From positions 2,353,599 to 2,417,598 of the forward strand of contig NW_019091360.1 of the NCBI RefSeq assembly GCF_001949145.1: a DNA stretch of 64,000 nt, written 5' to 3'. Shown one piece after another: positions 38,414-52,672 of the stretch (positions are counted from its first letter, which is position 1; every line of letters starts with the position of its first letter). A program made the position numbers and the translations under genes. The stretch is from Acanthaster planci. Lineage: Eukaryota. Under the pieces are notes generated by a model. The model ran no database searches. It saw only the letters and a list, made by a program, of their open reading frames with translations, and was not told the DNA's origin.

Positions 38414-41400
38414 GTATTGTACTGTATGGCTTGGAGTACATGTGGCTACTGTACTAGTTGTATTGAGCCTGTTTGGGGTTATTTGTTTTAGTGTATGCCC
38501 TGTAATGAGGGGATGGGGGAGGAACAGGTGCACTCTTTAATGTTCCACCAAGTCACCCCTATATTGTTGGCATTTCACAAATTGTTTTTTAAGGGTGAGA
38601 AGCGCTAATGCTTTCTATTACTGGCAGCATCCTTTTCCTGTTCTTATTTGAAACAATTTGGCAGGGGAAAAATTGTCCCTTCCTCAGCCCCATATGTACC
38701 CTTTATCCCAGACCTGGACTAAGCCGCATCATTGTAGTGATACAGTGCTCTGAAGAAGTACAAATCATCACTTTTACATGTACGTGTATATTTTACAAAT
38801 TTATAAGTTAGGACTGCAACATTTGCAAAGTTAAAGTCTTTTAAATCCTTGCAACAAGTGAAGCATAAAACAGATTTTCGGATGCTGCTCAAGTGATTGA
38901 AAGCAGAATTGAAGATGTCATGAATCGGTACATGTAAATGGAAGACGGACACATTTATAGCAGAAAATCTGTTGGCTCTGCGGGTTCATACTACATGTAT
39001 CTGATCTCTGTGAACTGGTTATTCGTCATCTGGAAGTGACCATCGGCCACCAAGGTTTTTCTGATTGATCATAATGCAGTTATACTCAAGAATACATGAA
39101 CACATGCTTGTACGTCACAAGGGGGACATTTGTGGATTGCACTGTTAGTTGTGATCTGTGCCTGACTGAGTTCCCTTAGCAGAAAGGTAAAAAAAACCAA
39201 CAGATCTCAGAAGTTGGTCACCCGTAATTAGTACACCACAGCTGGTATTGCCTGGCCCTGGACTGAAGAAAGGTGCTTTAAAGCTGATCATCTGTACAGA
39301 ATGTTTTACTGCAGGAAAGCAATATCCATCCTGTCGTGACATTTGGAAACTTGCTGCAGGCTTGAAAGACTACACTGTAGCTCTGTCAGTGAATGCACAG
39401 TGTTCAAACTCTTGTACATGTAGGTGAACAATTTCATCTGGAAGGTGCTCATGTGACTCATGTTTGGGTATTAAAAGAACAGTTGGCCCTGTAAGTTGGC
39501 TTACGTCGCAATGATTTGACTCCATTAGTTCATGCATAGGCACACTTGTAATATACTCATGCACTGTGAGAAGTGTTAGCAATGAACAGTTGAAAATGAA
39601 CTTGTTTGAATGTGATGTGCCTGTGTGCTAGCATGCACTGTACATTGGCGCTACTGTAGTCGTTTGAAAAGCATTATTGAAATTCTCAATCAAAGTATGG
39701 CGCTGATACGTGTACGGCACCAGGTAGGAGGACTGAGTGGATGGATCCAGTGACACATCTTCGCTGGCTGTGAGCACCCTACCGGGTACCTTAAAAATCT
39801 TGAACTTTCTTGTGGCATTGAATCGTGCACGCTGGATCCATTGACCCCCTGCATGCGTGGGAATCCACGGCCCAGTTTTCTCCGTAGGAATGGAGGCTTT
39901 GCATACTGAATGAAGATTGTGTTCACATTTTGGGAAGTGCCTAGCAGATTTGTTTGAAAGTGTCACCAGTATGCCTAGGGATCAAATATGAGGCCATAAC
40001 TTGATACATGTATGCCGTGATAACTTGTGTACCATACAGGTACATATTCCTAGCATTCACATAGTCTGAGGACAGCTTCCAATGAATTTTTAGTGCAGAA
40101 ATGTGAAGCCTATGGATTCCTGGTTCGGAACCAGTGTGTCACAAGTTTTAAATTTGATGTGAGGAATTGTGGCTGATGATTGAAGCTAGCACCATTTTAT
40201 ACATGAAGCCTGTGGCCACATTTTGCTCCGAGTCTGAGCAGATGTCCTGCAGGCACACAGTGTGCACACCACAGAATAAGTTGATATCTCAAGCAATCTC
40301 CAAGAGAACAAAGTAATTTCCTCTCGCCTCGCTCGACACTCGAGATATTTTCCTGAACTTTGGCTGTTTCTGGGGGAGGGGTCTCTGCTAGTGGCAAGTG
40401 CGGTTTGCATTCAGGAGATATCCTTCCCCCCCCCCATTGACCCGTGCTCTAGTTTTATTAATGCCCCGGCCTGAATGGAACTTGTCACACCACCGAGCAT
40501 TCACGATGTCATAACTGTCATGCGATGTTCGTCATCTAGTAGAATGGGGCTCATGTGTCCAGATGTCTAGGCCTGGAGGAGGGTCAAGGGAAAGTTGATT
40601 AAGTCTGGTATAATGTACGATGCCCTAGCTCCGTCACATTCTGTAAGCTGACTTTGATTTGTCCGAGTGTTCTTATTGCCCTTGTTTTTTTATTCCTCAT
40701 ACATTATGAAATCACAAATGGAAAATAAACCACATTACCATACTGTGCTAACGGATAGACAGCAGTGAAGAAAAAATGGCAGTGAAGGAAAGTTTTGAAA
40801 CATTCTCACCATCCCAATGAAATTTCAACTTCATTGGGATTTCATCGGGAAAAACAATGAGATCAAGTACAACTTTAACAAGCCTCTTAAATATTGACCA
40901 CGGTACCGTATTCAGCTTGCATCTTACCAGGTAGAGGTTGTAAAATTGACTGGTCATCAGACAGTTAGATTTGCTCATGAACATGGTTCCCCCTCACAGT
41001 CGGAATTAATGTCAGGTGTTGCTTCAGGCAGGGTCTAGGAGCTACACTCTCTACCTGCCATGCGTTATTTGTGAACCCCCAGGATTTGCCAAGCAAACGA
41101 ATGCCATCCACAAAATGACTTGTTAATGCATGCTGCTACCTTAGACATAGTTTGGTTTAAACTTTGCTGCGAACGGGGCATTTTCTGCCCAGAAGTTTAG
41201 AAAAGGGGGAGAAGTTACTCTATGTACAAAAACAGTTTGAAAGAGTCGGTGGGTTTGGCATCAAATATGATGGGCAGTTTCGATAAATATCATCACACCT
41301 TCACACTGTACTAATATACATGTACATGTATGATTTGTTGATTTCCTTCATAGGCATGTACAATGTACACGTCATGTACATGTACATGAACAAGTACTTG

Positions 41401-43142
41401 TAGGGATGTTATAGTACTTCCTATCTGTTTGAATCTCTGGTTAAGACATCAAACAGCTGTCCCTCACCATGGCAACCTCACCTGTCCTGAGAAGTCACCA
41501 GCCAGCAGATAATCTTACTGCATCATTGCACAGCTACATGTAGCATATGTTGGCTCCCAGAGCAGGAGGTCAGAAATAGGTTATCACAGATTGAGATCGC
41601 TGCACTTTGGCATCTTAACACAGCACTTCTTCATCAAAGCATGCATAGAAATTGTAACTATGATTGTATAGGCTTTCAACAAAGTTTGGGTTGGATTTTG
41701 TGCGTGTCCCTTGCATATCTGAAACAGTGTGTGATTCAAATTTAGAACGCATTCTTTGATTTTCAAGAGTGATTAGGTACCGCAAATGACCTGACAAAGG
41801 AATAAGAATAGTGCGGAGTCCAGGACACAGGACACAGAAGGGTCACCCTTTTGGACCCCAGATTTATAGAGTGGTCCAGTGTCTTGTAAGCATTGGATTT
41901 GTATTCCTCCACAGTGTACCAGTGTTTCAGAGACCTTTTTCACTCACTGGTGTGCAACACCAGGGCACAGAAATGGAAGGGAAGGGGCAAAAAAAAGTAC
42001 AGGTGTTAATTAACCCATTTATAGATTAATGAGAAATTGCCTGGTACTTTCTCCTAAATATGGCCATTTTCAAAACTTTATCACTGCTGGGGGAAGGGAC
42101 ACACAGGGGAGGAACACACCATTGTGATCCTTGCCATGTACCAGTACAGGGGAGTAGTGACAGATTCTATTGCAACTTAGTATGAACATAGACACCTGTG
42201 TCTCTCTTTACATGCATGCACTGGCATCTGTGTGCAAGGTTTTAAGGGTCCAGGAATGCCACGCCTCCATCTGTGATTCAGCACTTTTCTCGTTGAAAGT
42301 CAGTGAAACACTGCAGATTTTTCTTCGGCATCCTGCTGTGAAAGTTAATGACTCATGCAAATATTAAATGTACATGTACTGGTACATGGGCATGTATGTG
42401 TGTACCTTTGTAAAGTATGCGTTTGGTTTCTTGAGGGTTACGCACTGCAGGTGTTGCTTTTCAATCTTTCTAAAATCCTGTGTTTTTCTGGGATGTTGTG
42501 TTTGACATTCCCTGTTGTTTAGATACCTTCTTCATGAACATGTATGCATCACGAATGCACATTGCACTGAAATAAAACTCCATAGCATGTGCAACAGATT
42601 GCAAAGCTGTAATTAATTTTAAAATCTGACTTTTTGTCAAAAATAACGGGCCTTTTCTGTCATTGTCTCTACAGCTACATTTGTAACGATTCCTTTGTAC
42701 ACAGTATTCGAACAGTAGATGTGCATGTGGGTGTCGTCCACACATGGGATGGAGCCTTAAATTAAATGCCCAACACAGTGTCTTCAAACATTTTGGACCT
42801 CCAAAGAAAATAAGAATTGGCCTCCATGTCCCCACTTTCATCATGTTTCCATCCTCTGTTTATTTTTTTTTCTTGTGTAAAAAAATGGTTGCGATGCTTA
42901 CATGTAGCTTTTAAATTGGAGCAGAGTTAAAAATTGTTTTCTATCCGGTCACTTTGCACCTTTAATTCCCCAGCACTCTATCATCGGTAATCTTGCAATG
43001 ACCACTGCATACCTAGCATTGCTGTACGTAGTACCAACCGAAACTAAACACTCTGGGCGTCGGTGTGCATGGTACACACTGCAAGCCTGCACATGTGTGC
43101 GCTCGCGTGCACTGTTCACTGGCTACAGCAAAGGCAAGTTTC

Positions 43143-43278
43143 CCATATTAGGAGCTGTCCCTGAATGTATTTTCTCCGCAAATTGAAGGGATCCCTCCAT
43201 TAGTTTCTCCCGCCAGGTTGTGACCCCTCCTCGTGTCAAGTGCGTCACTGGAGGTCACTTGGGGTCAAGTAAAGGTCA
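43143..43278 (+). promoter_or_regulatory. Candidate intronic enhancer: CArG box plus triple nuclear-receptor half-site array (DR4+DR5)
   Basis: CCATATTAGG 43143-43152; AGGTCA(43252)-n4-GGGTCA(43262)-n5-AGGTCA(43273). Confidence 0.5.
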
Positions 43279-44296
43279 ACTAATGGGACAGTTCTGAGTG
43301 TGTATATTAGCTGTGAAGACCTAGTAATGAAGGCTGGTCGGGTAATTTGACTGGCTGTAAGTGATAGCTGGTTGTCTGCAGTTGAGATGGCCTCAAGGCA
43401 GTCTCCTTCACATTACCAACCAGGGGCCTGGCTAGAACCAATAAATAAGGCCAAGAAAAAAAAATACTGGTTGATCATTCCTGCCTCTAGACTTTTGAGG
43501 CCACATCCTTTGTTTACTGTTTTTTGTTTCCCCCCTCCCATCTCTATTTTCACAAAAAAATCTTTGTTCATTTTTTTAGCGTGAAAACTCAGTTGAAAAG
43601 AACATACCGGCATGCCTATTTGAAATAGAACATGTGTGGATTATTGGTGGAAGATAGTTTCAGCAGTCATTTTGAACAGAAATAATATTAGAAATTTTGA
43701 ATATTAAGAAGCTACTGCTGGCCACCATGGGGTGAAAATTAAAATGAAATCCCATCCTCCCATTTCTATGAAACAAAAACCAGATCAGGTCGCCTTTTTT
43801 TACTTGGCTCAAGTGATTCTTCAACAACAAGAGGAAAATTCACAAATAGTTCCTTCTCTTCTTCAACCTGAAAAAAAAAACATGAGACTGAATATGCCCC
43901 ACACGTGATGTACTTCTTTGGCACAACAAACAGGGATGAAATGTCTCAGCCTTGAGTTGTAAATCATATCGCCTGTTTGCCAACCGTTACCATTTGTCTT
44001 TATACAATGGCCCAGAAAGGCTACTGACATTTAACAAGTTGGAAAACATTTATTGGATTCAGTGACAACGATGATAGAAATATGGACAGCCAAAGCCCCA
44101 TGCTGACTTTTCTAGCCTACATGTATTCGTTCAGTTTCTTCCTTTCTTGCAGCCTGAAGAAAGGCTTTCCACAAGGCTTGCTCCCGTCCTCCTATGAGTA
44201 TCACAGATATTGGAATCAAGTTGGTGGTTGTATCATAAAACAATAAATATTGTCCAGGGACAAAGTACAAACTATGACTTTTACTGTAGCAGATTT

Positions 44297-44516
44297 ATAT
44301 ATTTATATAACGGGTTTTGCCTTTACCCAACGTGCATATTAATNNNNNNNNNNNNNNNNNNNNNCTAGTGCAGACGTCTTAACCACGCGACCACCGATCT
44401 TGCCGGGGTTGGCTGGCCAGTCCAAGTCCAACGTATATTAATATATACGTTGGGTAAGGGCAAAAACCCTGTTATATAAATTAACATCTCCCCAACGCAA
44501 ACATACATCTTGAAAA
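44297..44516. mobile_element. TSD-flanked interspersed repeat with internal inverted repeat and tRNA-like spacer (contains the assembly gap)
   Basis: 12-bp direct repeat tgtagcagattt at 44285-44296 and 44517-44528. About 40-bp inverted arms. A second copy lies at 56473-56577. Confidence 0.8.
44344..44364. other. Assembly gap (21 N)
   Basis: Run of n inside the inverted repeat. Confidence 1.
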
Positions 44517-47500
44517 TGTAGCAGATTTGTTGGCCATACACTGTAAAACAAGCCTATCTACACTGTACATGTACATGGGATGTGTACTGGTACATGTACC
44601 GGGTATATGCGTCCTCTTGTCTGTAGTGAAACTATTTTAACAGGAAGGAATATAGCCCAATTGCAGAGATTTTCTGTACCCCTGCTCCATCTGTTCATTT
44701 ACATTTTGTTCAAATCATTAGTGAAGATGAAAAATATCCCCACATTGATTTTGATGATGAGGGGTGCCCGGCAAGTAAAGTACCCATATCTCCGAAACCG
44801 GGGTCTAATTTCACAGCACATCTCCGCTCTCAGCGCAGAAGTTAGTCACGCTAACTGTAGCAGGAAATGTCCCTGATCTTTTCCTACCTCCATGATTTGA
44901 GCAAGCTTTCTTTTTTCCCCTCTGGCTTTTGCTTACAACTCAGCTGCCTCTGGGAGGCTTAATTAAATTGGACCCAGGCTAAGAGTGAGTTTCATAGGCT
45001 GAATGGAGACTGTGTCTAATGGGTGCCCAGACAGCCAGCTCCAAAGTACACACATGTAAATGATATTGATTACATCTTAACTCTTTCACCCAGGCACTGG
45101 GGAGAATGGCAGGGGCCATTCAGGGTCAACTAGCACTGTACAATCCATAACTCGGAGTGAAACTTAACATCATATCTGGACTGTGGATCCAGAATTTACC
45201 TGGTAGATTTTGGAACTGTTTTACTTTTTCCCTTAGGAAAACCTTTTCTGCTGGACACTCATTGTCAATCATTTCTTCGTACTTTGTCATCAGTTGTTCA
45301 TTTTTTTTTGCAATCGGTCAAAGAACAAGACTTTGCTAAAAGCATAAGAGTATACCAGTACATGTATGTACATACACATGTTCACGTACAACATCAAATA
45401 ACTTAAGTACAAATTTAGTCTTTTATTAATTATACTTTCATGAGTACACCTAGTCACCAACATGTTGTAAATTACCAGTAGAAAATTGTCTACATAATTA
45501 AAAGTTTTATTTTCCATATGGCTTTGCCAGAGAGATGATTAGATGGCACGAGATCGCAGCAATCACTACGAACAACCCTATAAAAATATGCACAGTACAC
45601 GTACATACATGTACCAGTATGTACTTGTACGGTACATGTACATTATGTGCACATCATGTACTGATATGACCTTGGCAAAGCTAACTTGGAACCTGAATAA
45701 TTTCACTCAAACTCAGTGTTACGTTGCTTTACTCGCATTTTGACCCACTGTGAAACATTTTCATATCAAAGTTTTCCCAGCCAAGTGGGTTACTTTTACT
45801 GTGTGTTTTTTTCTCCAAGACCAGCTGTGTGTAGTTTTTGTGCATTCGGAGGCAACATCCTAAATCCTTACTACTGGCACACGGCCCGATTTGGATTGCT
45901 TGTTATTGACTGTAAAACACTCAAAGGACACATACATAGACAATCCGTTCATGGTATTCCTTTACTTTGGAAATCAATTTTCCCTCAAGAAAATCATCTG
46001 CAAACTGTACCGCAAGTGTGTTGCCAGTTCTTATGATTTAGCCTCTTGACCATGTGGTCGTTGACCTTAGATCCATCATTTAAGATTAATACCCAGATGC
46101 ACACAACCAATCATCTTGCATCAGTTTGTAGCAACTGCTGCAGTAGATGTTTATCAAACGGCATATGTTCATGTACCAATTCTCTCTGGAATCTGCAATC
46201 CATAATCAGCTTCATTTTTTAAATGGCCTGAGGGTATGCTGTGTTTGTGTAAAAAATTAATTGGTCTTGGCCCCAAACTGCAAAACTTAAATACACATGT
46301 TGGACTAACCTTCAAGGACATGTCCATTTTTTCCCAGGACCTACATGTACGTGTAGCAGTCCATGGTTGGAAACCAAATCTCACACCCACCCTTTGGCTT
46401 TCTTGTGGTTTTCTTGAGCCGTCATTCAGACATTCTTTGCCTTTTTAATACATGTATACAAAGCTTTGTCCACACTTTCCTGAAAACTACATAGAAACCT
46501 TGTCCTTGCCAGTGCAGTATTTCGAATTCCAACAACAGTGTTTGACTGTGACAGATTGGAATTCTGAACTTGTTGGCTGGGTTCAACATATCAACAATTA
46601 ATTTTTTAAGAATACCATTGAACCATAAGTTAATCTAGAATTATGACGGTGACAAAGTTTATGCATATTCGTCAATTCAAACCCTAACAGCCATCAGTAT
46701 TGTGACAATAAGTGGCCTCAAAAGTTTTTTTCCTTTATTTTCTATTTGTGTGTTACACAGACCTTTACTGTTTTACATACCGGTAAGGTTCTTTTTTTAA
46801 TCATTTAACCACACCTGTACATCTCCTTGCTGATCCAGTCATCTCCTAGCCTTTCCAAAATCAATGTCTGGAGGTTTGAATTATTGTCAAGGACAGGGAA
46901 AGGCAGAGCTGGGGCATTGCTAGGACCACCAGCATGAATCCTAGGAGTTTTGGGGGTGTACAGTGTACCACCCACTTTTCAGGATTCAGGAAGGTACTGG
47001 GAAACATGCAAAAAACGGGGTAAGGTAGTGAAAATAAGAGTCTTACCAATTCCATGTTTGCGTATGGGAAGTACATGTACATGTTTAGCAGCAAGGAAGT
47101 TTTCTGAGACCCGATATTTCTGCAACTTTATACTCTTCACTGTATGACAATTACAAGTGTTTGACATCCCCGGCCTTGTCAGTGAAATGCATGAAAAAGT
47201 GCAATTTTTGAAACAAAAAATTTCTTATGCTCTCCGGGGCAAGTGAAGGCACTATTGCTGTGATGTCATCTAGGGAAGACATGTTGCAAGGCACAGGTTT
47301 TTCTTTGTTGAATTGTGAGCCCCAAACCGACTCAACTCTCATTTTTGAGAGAGGGATGCATGCTTGCTTAATGATACTGGTACATGTATGTACCTACATA
47401 AACGTGAATCACCCAGGAAAGAAACTTGTGGCCAGCAAAATCTGTAACAAAAAGAATCAGTAGGTTTTTCTGTGTGCTTTGATCAATGCAACATTGGATT

Positions 47501-47763
47501 TCTCGTCCTGGGATGATGTCACAGTTTTGCTCACAAATATGGAAATACTCCTACGTACATGTTTAAAGACCAAACAGCAGGAAAATACCCCTTTTAAATG
47601 CTGAAATAAACGTGGAAGATGATATTAACTGAGATGCAAAGATGGATTTTGGAGGTTTGTTTTTGAAAAAATCTTGCATCAATTGCAGGAAGTGTGGTAT
47701 GAATGTCTGCCGATGTGTGATTTAGCAGTCAGAGTTTGTGCTTTTTATTCTCTTTCTTCGCAG

Positions 47764-47852
47764 ACGCCCACTCACAGAAGGCAAGCCACACCCATCAGGG
47801 ATGACGAATCAGCCAATGGCAGCAGTGAAGTCTCTAGGATACGTGCCAGAAG
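47764..47852 (+). CDS. PAWR: PAWR-like exon 3 TPTHRRQATPIRDDESANGSSEVSRIRAR-R, phase 0 to 2
   Basis: Strong acceptor tttttattctctttcttcgcag, donor AAG|gtttgg. Phase fits exon 4. Confidence 0.82.
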
Positions 47853-50281
47853 GTTTGGGTTCATCTCACCTGTAGATATTAAACTACTTGTAATGGCCTG
47901 TATTTACTGGGAGCTACATGTAGGTTCCCTGTTGAACTGAGTAAAATCTACCCAGGTACTCTAAACCTGTAACACCCCAAAATTCAATGGGGAAAAAGCA
48001 TACTCTGAAGATGTATTAAAGTTGTCAATACTGTCTTGCCCAGTATCATTAGCTTCCGGGTATGTAAAATCTCCTCAGAAACCCCCGAAAACGCAGCATT
48101 ATGGGAGAAAAAATTACACAGGAAACAGGAAAGAGTTGGGGGGGGGAGGAAAGGGGGTGAAAATGAATTGATTGCTCAAAAGTTGCCAGCGCGTGCAACT
48201 CAGAATGGACCTTATTCTACCGGTATAAGACCCCTTCCTTCCCTGGAAAGAACTTCTCCCCCTCCCAACCGGTTATGATGCCCGTGTTCATAAAACCTTT
48301 ATTGATAAATCTCTGGATAATGTGTCAGATTGGATTATGCTTGCCTTGCACATTCAGTTTTACCCCACTGTATGGCGGGCAGTGAAACTGATACCAAAAA
48401 ACTAAGTGTTTATTTATGCCATTCAATGACCCTCATGTTGCTTTTTTGATTGGACCGAAGAGCACTGCGTTATGTCCGTGGCCAAAGTTTGTAGTACATA
48501 GAGACGGCAGCAGACAGCCTGCACATTGGCAGACAGTGCAGCATCAAGTCTTGTCTAGAAATCTCAAGTGTTACGGCCAACTTCCATTAGCCCACCCCAG
48601 CTACGTGTAGTCCCGCATTTAGTTTTTGGCAGCTTGTCTAGTGTCAATCAAATGTGTTGTTCTTTTAGTCGCGATTCACGTACATGTAAACCAGACTGGA
48701 GTAGTTCTACTTGAGTCCCCCTACATCTCCCCCCCCCCTGTCTCCTGAGATAAAATATTTTGGTGCCATAAATCAAAAAATGACGTGTACATGCACTTGT
48801 GTAATCAGCAATTTTATCATGTTGACACTGCCAGTCAAGAAAAGAAAGTCATTTCCCTGTCCCTAGTGGTGATTATGATGGGGACATGGCTGGTTGAGAT
48901 TAACTTGATCAAATCTTCAAGGACATTTCATACCTCTTTGATAAGTTGTACCACTTACATTTACATGTAGCTGTATCATGAACCGGGAGAGAACACTGAA
49001 GAAACGTAGGCATATATGTATTTTATCAGTACGTACTGTATAAATACATGTACATGTTTAATGTAGCCTTGTGTTGAGTGTTGTACTGAGTACAAATATC
49101 CTGATGACAAGGATGTACACTGTACATGTACATATGCAGGATACACATGCATTTCCTACATAAAGATACATGCAAAATAAAATGGTCGGTCGCGTCCAAT
49201 TGATCTTACTGCCAAGCCTCTGGCGTGGAACATTCCTCTTTATTTTGACAACGTAAGGACAAGTTGATAAAAGTCAAGTTCGTCCCCGGGATCATCGGTT
49301 TCTGATAATGTCGACGTGTCAATATTTGATTTGGCCATACATAGAGGTTGGACTGTGTTATTTACATGAACCCTGCCGGTGGTTCACGCACTTTGCACCC
49401 CAAGCCTTTGGTTTTGCCAGTTGCTGTCATTGTGTTGGTACAGTGGTAATGTCAACAGGTTTACATACAAGTACACCTACAGTATTTTATTTTGATCGTC
49501 AAGATCATCAGCATTTCACGTGCATTCATGTCCTGTACATACAGGCCTACATGTACATGTGCCTGACTCTGAGTCATGATGTTATTGTACCTGTACATTT
49601 TCGTATTTGAAATTGTAAATGTTTGGAATGTTAAAAAGAGCATTTCTGAATGCCCAAAATGTGACAAAATATTTGTGTAAAGCTTCCAAAAATTTGCAGC
49701 AGTTGAAGAAGATTAAAATGTTGACTTTTTGTGCAGAAATGAACATTCAGCATCCCCTAAAAGGTGAAAACAATTAATGTAGTCCTTCTACTCGTCACAC
49801 AAAGCCCATCATTCACAAACATTGTAGCATAGGCCTGCAAGTGTTACTTGGCTACTTGATCGAAGTATCAATTAGTTGGTTACGTTTATCTATTCCATCA
49901 ATTTACAGATCTTCAGAAGGCATAGGAGAATTGCCCAAAAGCTTTGAAACCCAAATAGATATACATTGTTCTAATAGCAGACATTGAAATTCAATTCTTT
50001 CCAAAACCTCTTAAGTGGTTAGAAATATTAACATATGTTGGTAGATTCTTAGAAAACAACGTTCAGATGATAAGAATGGTGATTGCTAATTCAAACCTAC
50101 ATGCACAACTTTCAGAATTCTGTATCAGTCATCTGCCTACGTCACACACTCATCTTGCTCTTGGCAATAGTATACATGTACATTTATTAAGTCTGTCATC
50201 GTCATCCTTGGTTGTCATTCTGGATTGTCATCCTGGATTGTGCTAACACTTTCTTGATTGACGTTACTTGTTTGGTTGCAG

Positions 50282-50390
50282 GAGACACGCCAGAGAAAGC
50301 CTCGACAGCAACAACCCAAGCAGCCCCTCCTCCCCGAGGTCGATACTACGGAGGGATGTGGACGGGAGGTCAGCAGAGGAATGGAAGAGG
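50282..50390 (+). CDS. PAWR: PAWR-like exon 4 RHARESLDSNNPSSPSSPRSILRRDVDGRSAEEWKR, phase 2 to 0
   Basis: Acceptor tttggttgcag, donor AGG|gtgaga, GC-rich open frame. Confidence 0.85.
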
Positions 50391-50762
50391 GTGAGATGGA
50401 AGATGGGTTCTAAATCCCTCCCCAAACTACATGCACCTGCTCGGTCCTCATCTGTGCCCCTCACCCCCCAACAATGACACTCATGCGAGTCCCCCTTGAC
50501 CCTTCAGAAAGCCAGATTGCACATACCTGTATGCCTGACAAATTTTGGTAGCTTGGGTTGAGGATAGTGAATAATTGTTGGGATGGGTTCATATGTTATT
50601 AACCATGTTCATGTATATACATGTATCTCTTTGTATTGTAGTTGTACATTTGTTGTAGTCTTTGCTCATGAGGTCACTGACTGGTTTCTGTTGTATTATT
50701 CCCTTTCCCCTCTGCATGTATTTGCATGGTGTGTGAACCGACCTGCTGTGCTTGTGTGACAG

Positions 50763-50867
50763 ATGTATGAGCGCGAACATCGGGAGAACCGACGGCTGAC
50801 CCGGAGGCTACACGAGGCTGAGGAGAGAGTAGCACGCTTGGAAGATGAAATCCAAATACTGACAGAA
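50763..50867 (+). CDS. PAWR: PAWR-like exon 5 coiled coil MYEREHRENRRLTRRLHEAEERVARLEDEIQILTE
   Basis: 35 aa, aligning without gaps to Par-4 EVVRERQENLRLVRLMQDKEEMIGKLKEEIDLLNR. The donor GAA|gtacat is weak but at the homologous position. Confidence 0.88.
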
Positions 50868-52672
50868 GTACATGCTAACTTTGCTTGAGTATTTCACTGG
50901 GTTATTTGGCAGTATCGTTGTTCTGTAACACTCGCTTGAGGTGTTTGAATGCACATGAAGCTGCTTGGTTTTTACATGAGTTTGAGTTCATTCCTTTTGG
51001 TTGTTGGTTTTGTGGTTTGTACTGGACTTGGTACAGTAACCTCCTCTCTTATTCCTTTTTTGTGTTGATAGTGTTTTTCAACATACATGCTGATATTTGT
51101 TTATTATTGATGACTTTCCTACATTTTCTTCATGCACCAGAATATCCCTTAAAAAGTATTTCATTCCCATGCATTGTCCAGAGAGAGAGAGCAACGAATG
51201 TTATGTGCAGTGAAGGTCTTCTGTCTGAGTTGGCAATGCATTAGCCAATCACAATGTGCGAAATGTGTCGACCCTTTCCTAATACACGTTGCCGGTCGAC
51301 ATATGCTGACGTGTCAAACCCATTCAAACATGCATTGCATACAGCGACCAATGTGTTGCAAACTCTTGGCGGTGCTCTATTGTGAAACGCCCTTGTTGTT
51401 TTTTACATGTATTTTGGAAACCAGTTTCTTTTTGTGTAGAAACGTGTTCCCGCTCATCAGAAAACTGACTGCTGCTACCGGGTTTAGGGTAAACAAGGAG
51501 AAAACTCCTCAGATCGAAAAATATATTTTGTGCATCGTCAAGCTAAGAAAAGTGTCACAAGATTGATATACACTGCCACATGTCAGCATTTTGTATTTGG
51601 TGCCGTTAACTAGCAGAAGAGAGTGACGGATAGGGATGCACATTGTGGAAATAAGTGACGGTGAGATGATGCATGTTGCTCAGTTCTGCATCAGCCTCTC
51701 CCCCCAAAAAAGACAGTCAACCCACCGGTGACGAAGCGCCGGTGATGTTGACATCACAGGCTTGCCAGGTTTGCCGCATTCACAGCTGTCGCAGAATGTT
51801 TGCCAGTGCTGGCAGGTTCTCAGTGCATCAGTGGCAAACAGATTTACAGCATTTGGATATATATACATCTAAATATGAATGCACAGCATAGTCTTGGTCA
51901 GAGTATTTTTACCTGTGACCTCACTACATTCAGAATGTTTCTGGCTACTGGTCTGGTTAAAAAAAGAAACTGACAGTAATGAAACCCACATATAGGTATA
52001 CCCATGTGCTTGATGTAAAACTCGTTCTCAGAATTCATGTACATGTATACCGTAAACAGTAAACTGAACTGATAACACATTTCATTCAGAATGAGTTTGT
52101 TCCTTCTTTTGTACCTACATTCACTGTAACCAAGTTGGAAAAAATCCTAGGTGTGAGATTTTAATGCGAGCTTGGCTCTCCACAAGATTGAATAATTTTG
52201 TTGTCATTTGATCAAAACTCTGGACTGACCTAGGGTAGGCTGTTAAAGGAACGGTTGCACTATCAATACATAACATGTATTGAATTTAGGCTAAGGCTGC
52301 ATCCGAATCTGTTGTCTGGAGCTAGGTCTAGGTCTTCACTCCATTGGAAATATAGGGAAGATGTGCAGACTGTTAACAGGCTGTAGCGATTGAAGCCCAT
52401 TTTGGACATGGCCTAATTAAGGTTTGTCATGCTCTAACTATGATACAATATTATTATGTCAGATAATATACTGCCTGATAGAGGCCAAGACCACATCTGA
52501 CTGACTGTGACGATGAATAACTCATGTCTAAGGGAAATAGCTTCAGCCACTAGAAAGTGGTTCTCATTGGCACACATCATTCATAGCCGTAGCCAAATAA
52601 TTTAGAGACGGCTGTATGAAGTCTTAGCCCCAGACTTCTCATCATCTTCTTCCTATTGTTTCCCCAATGCAG

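Noticed and set aside
44365..44400. Functional tRNA gene
   Set aside because: Only a 5'-half-like fragment is visible, cut by the gap and embedded in a repeat.
51673..51891. Possible zipper-deleting alternative exon in the last Par-4 intron
   Set aside because: Poor polypyrimidine tract, early stop in phase 0, and no independent evidence.
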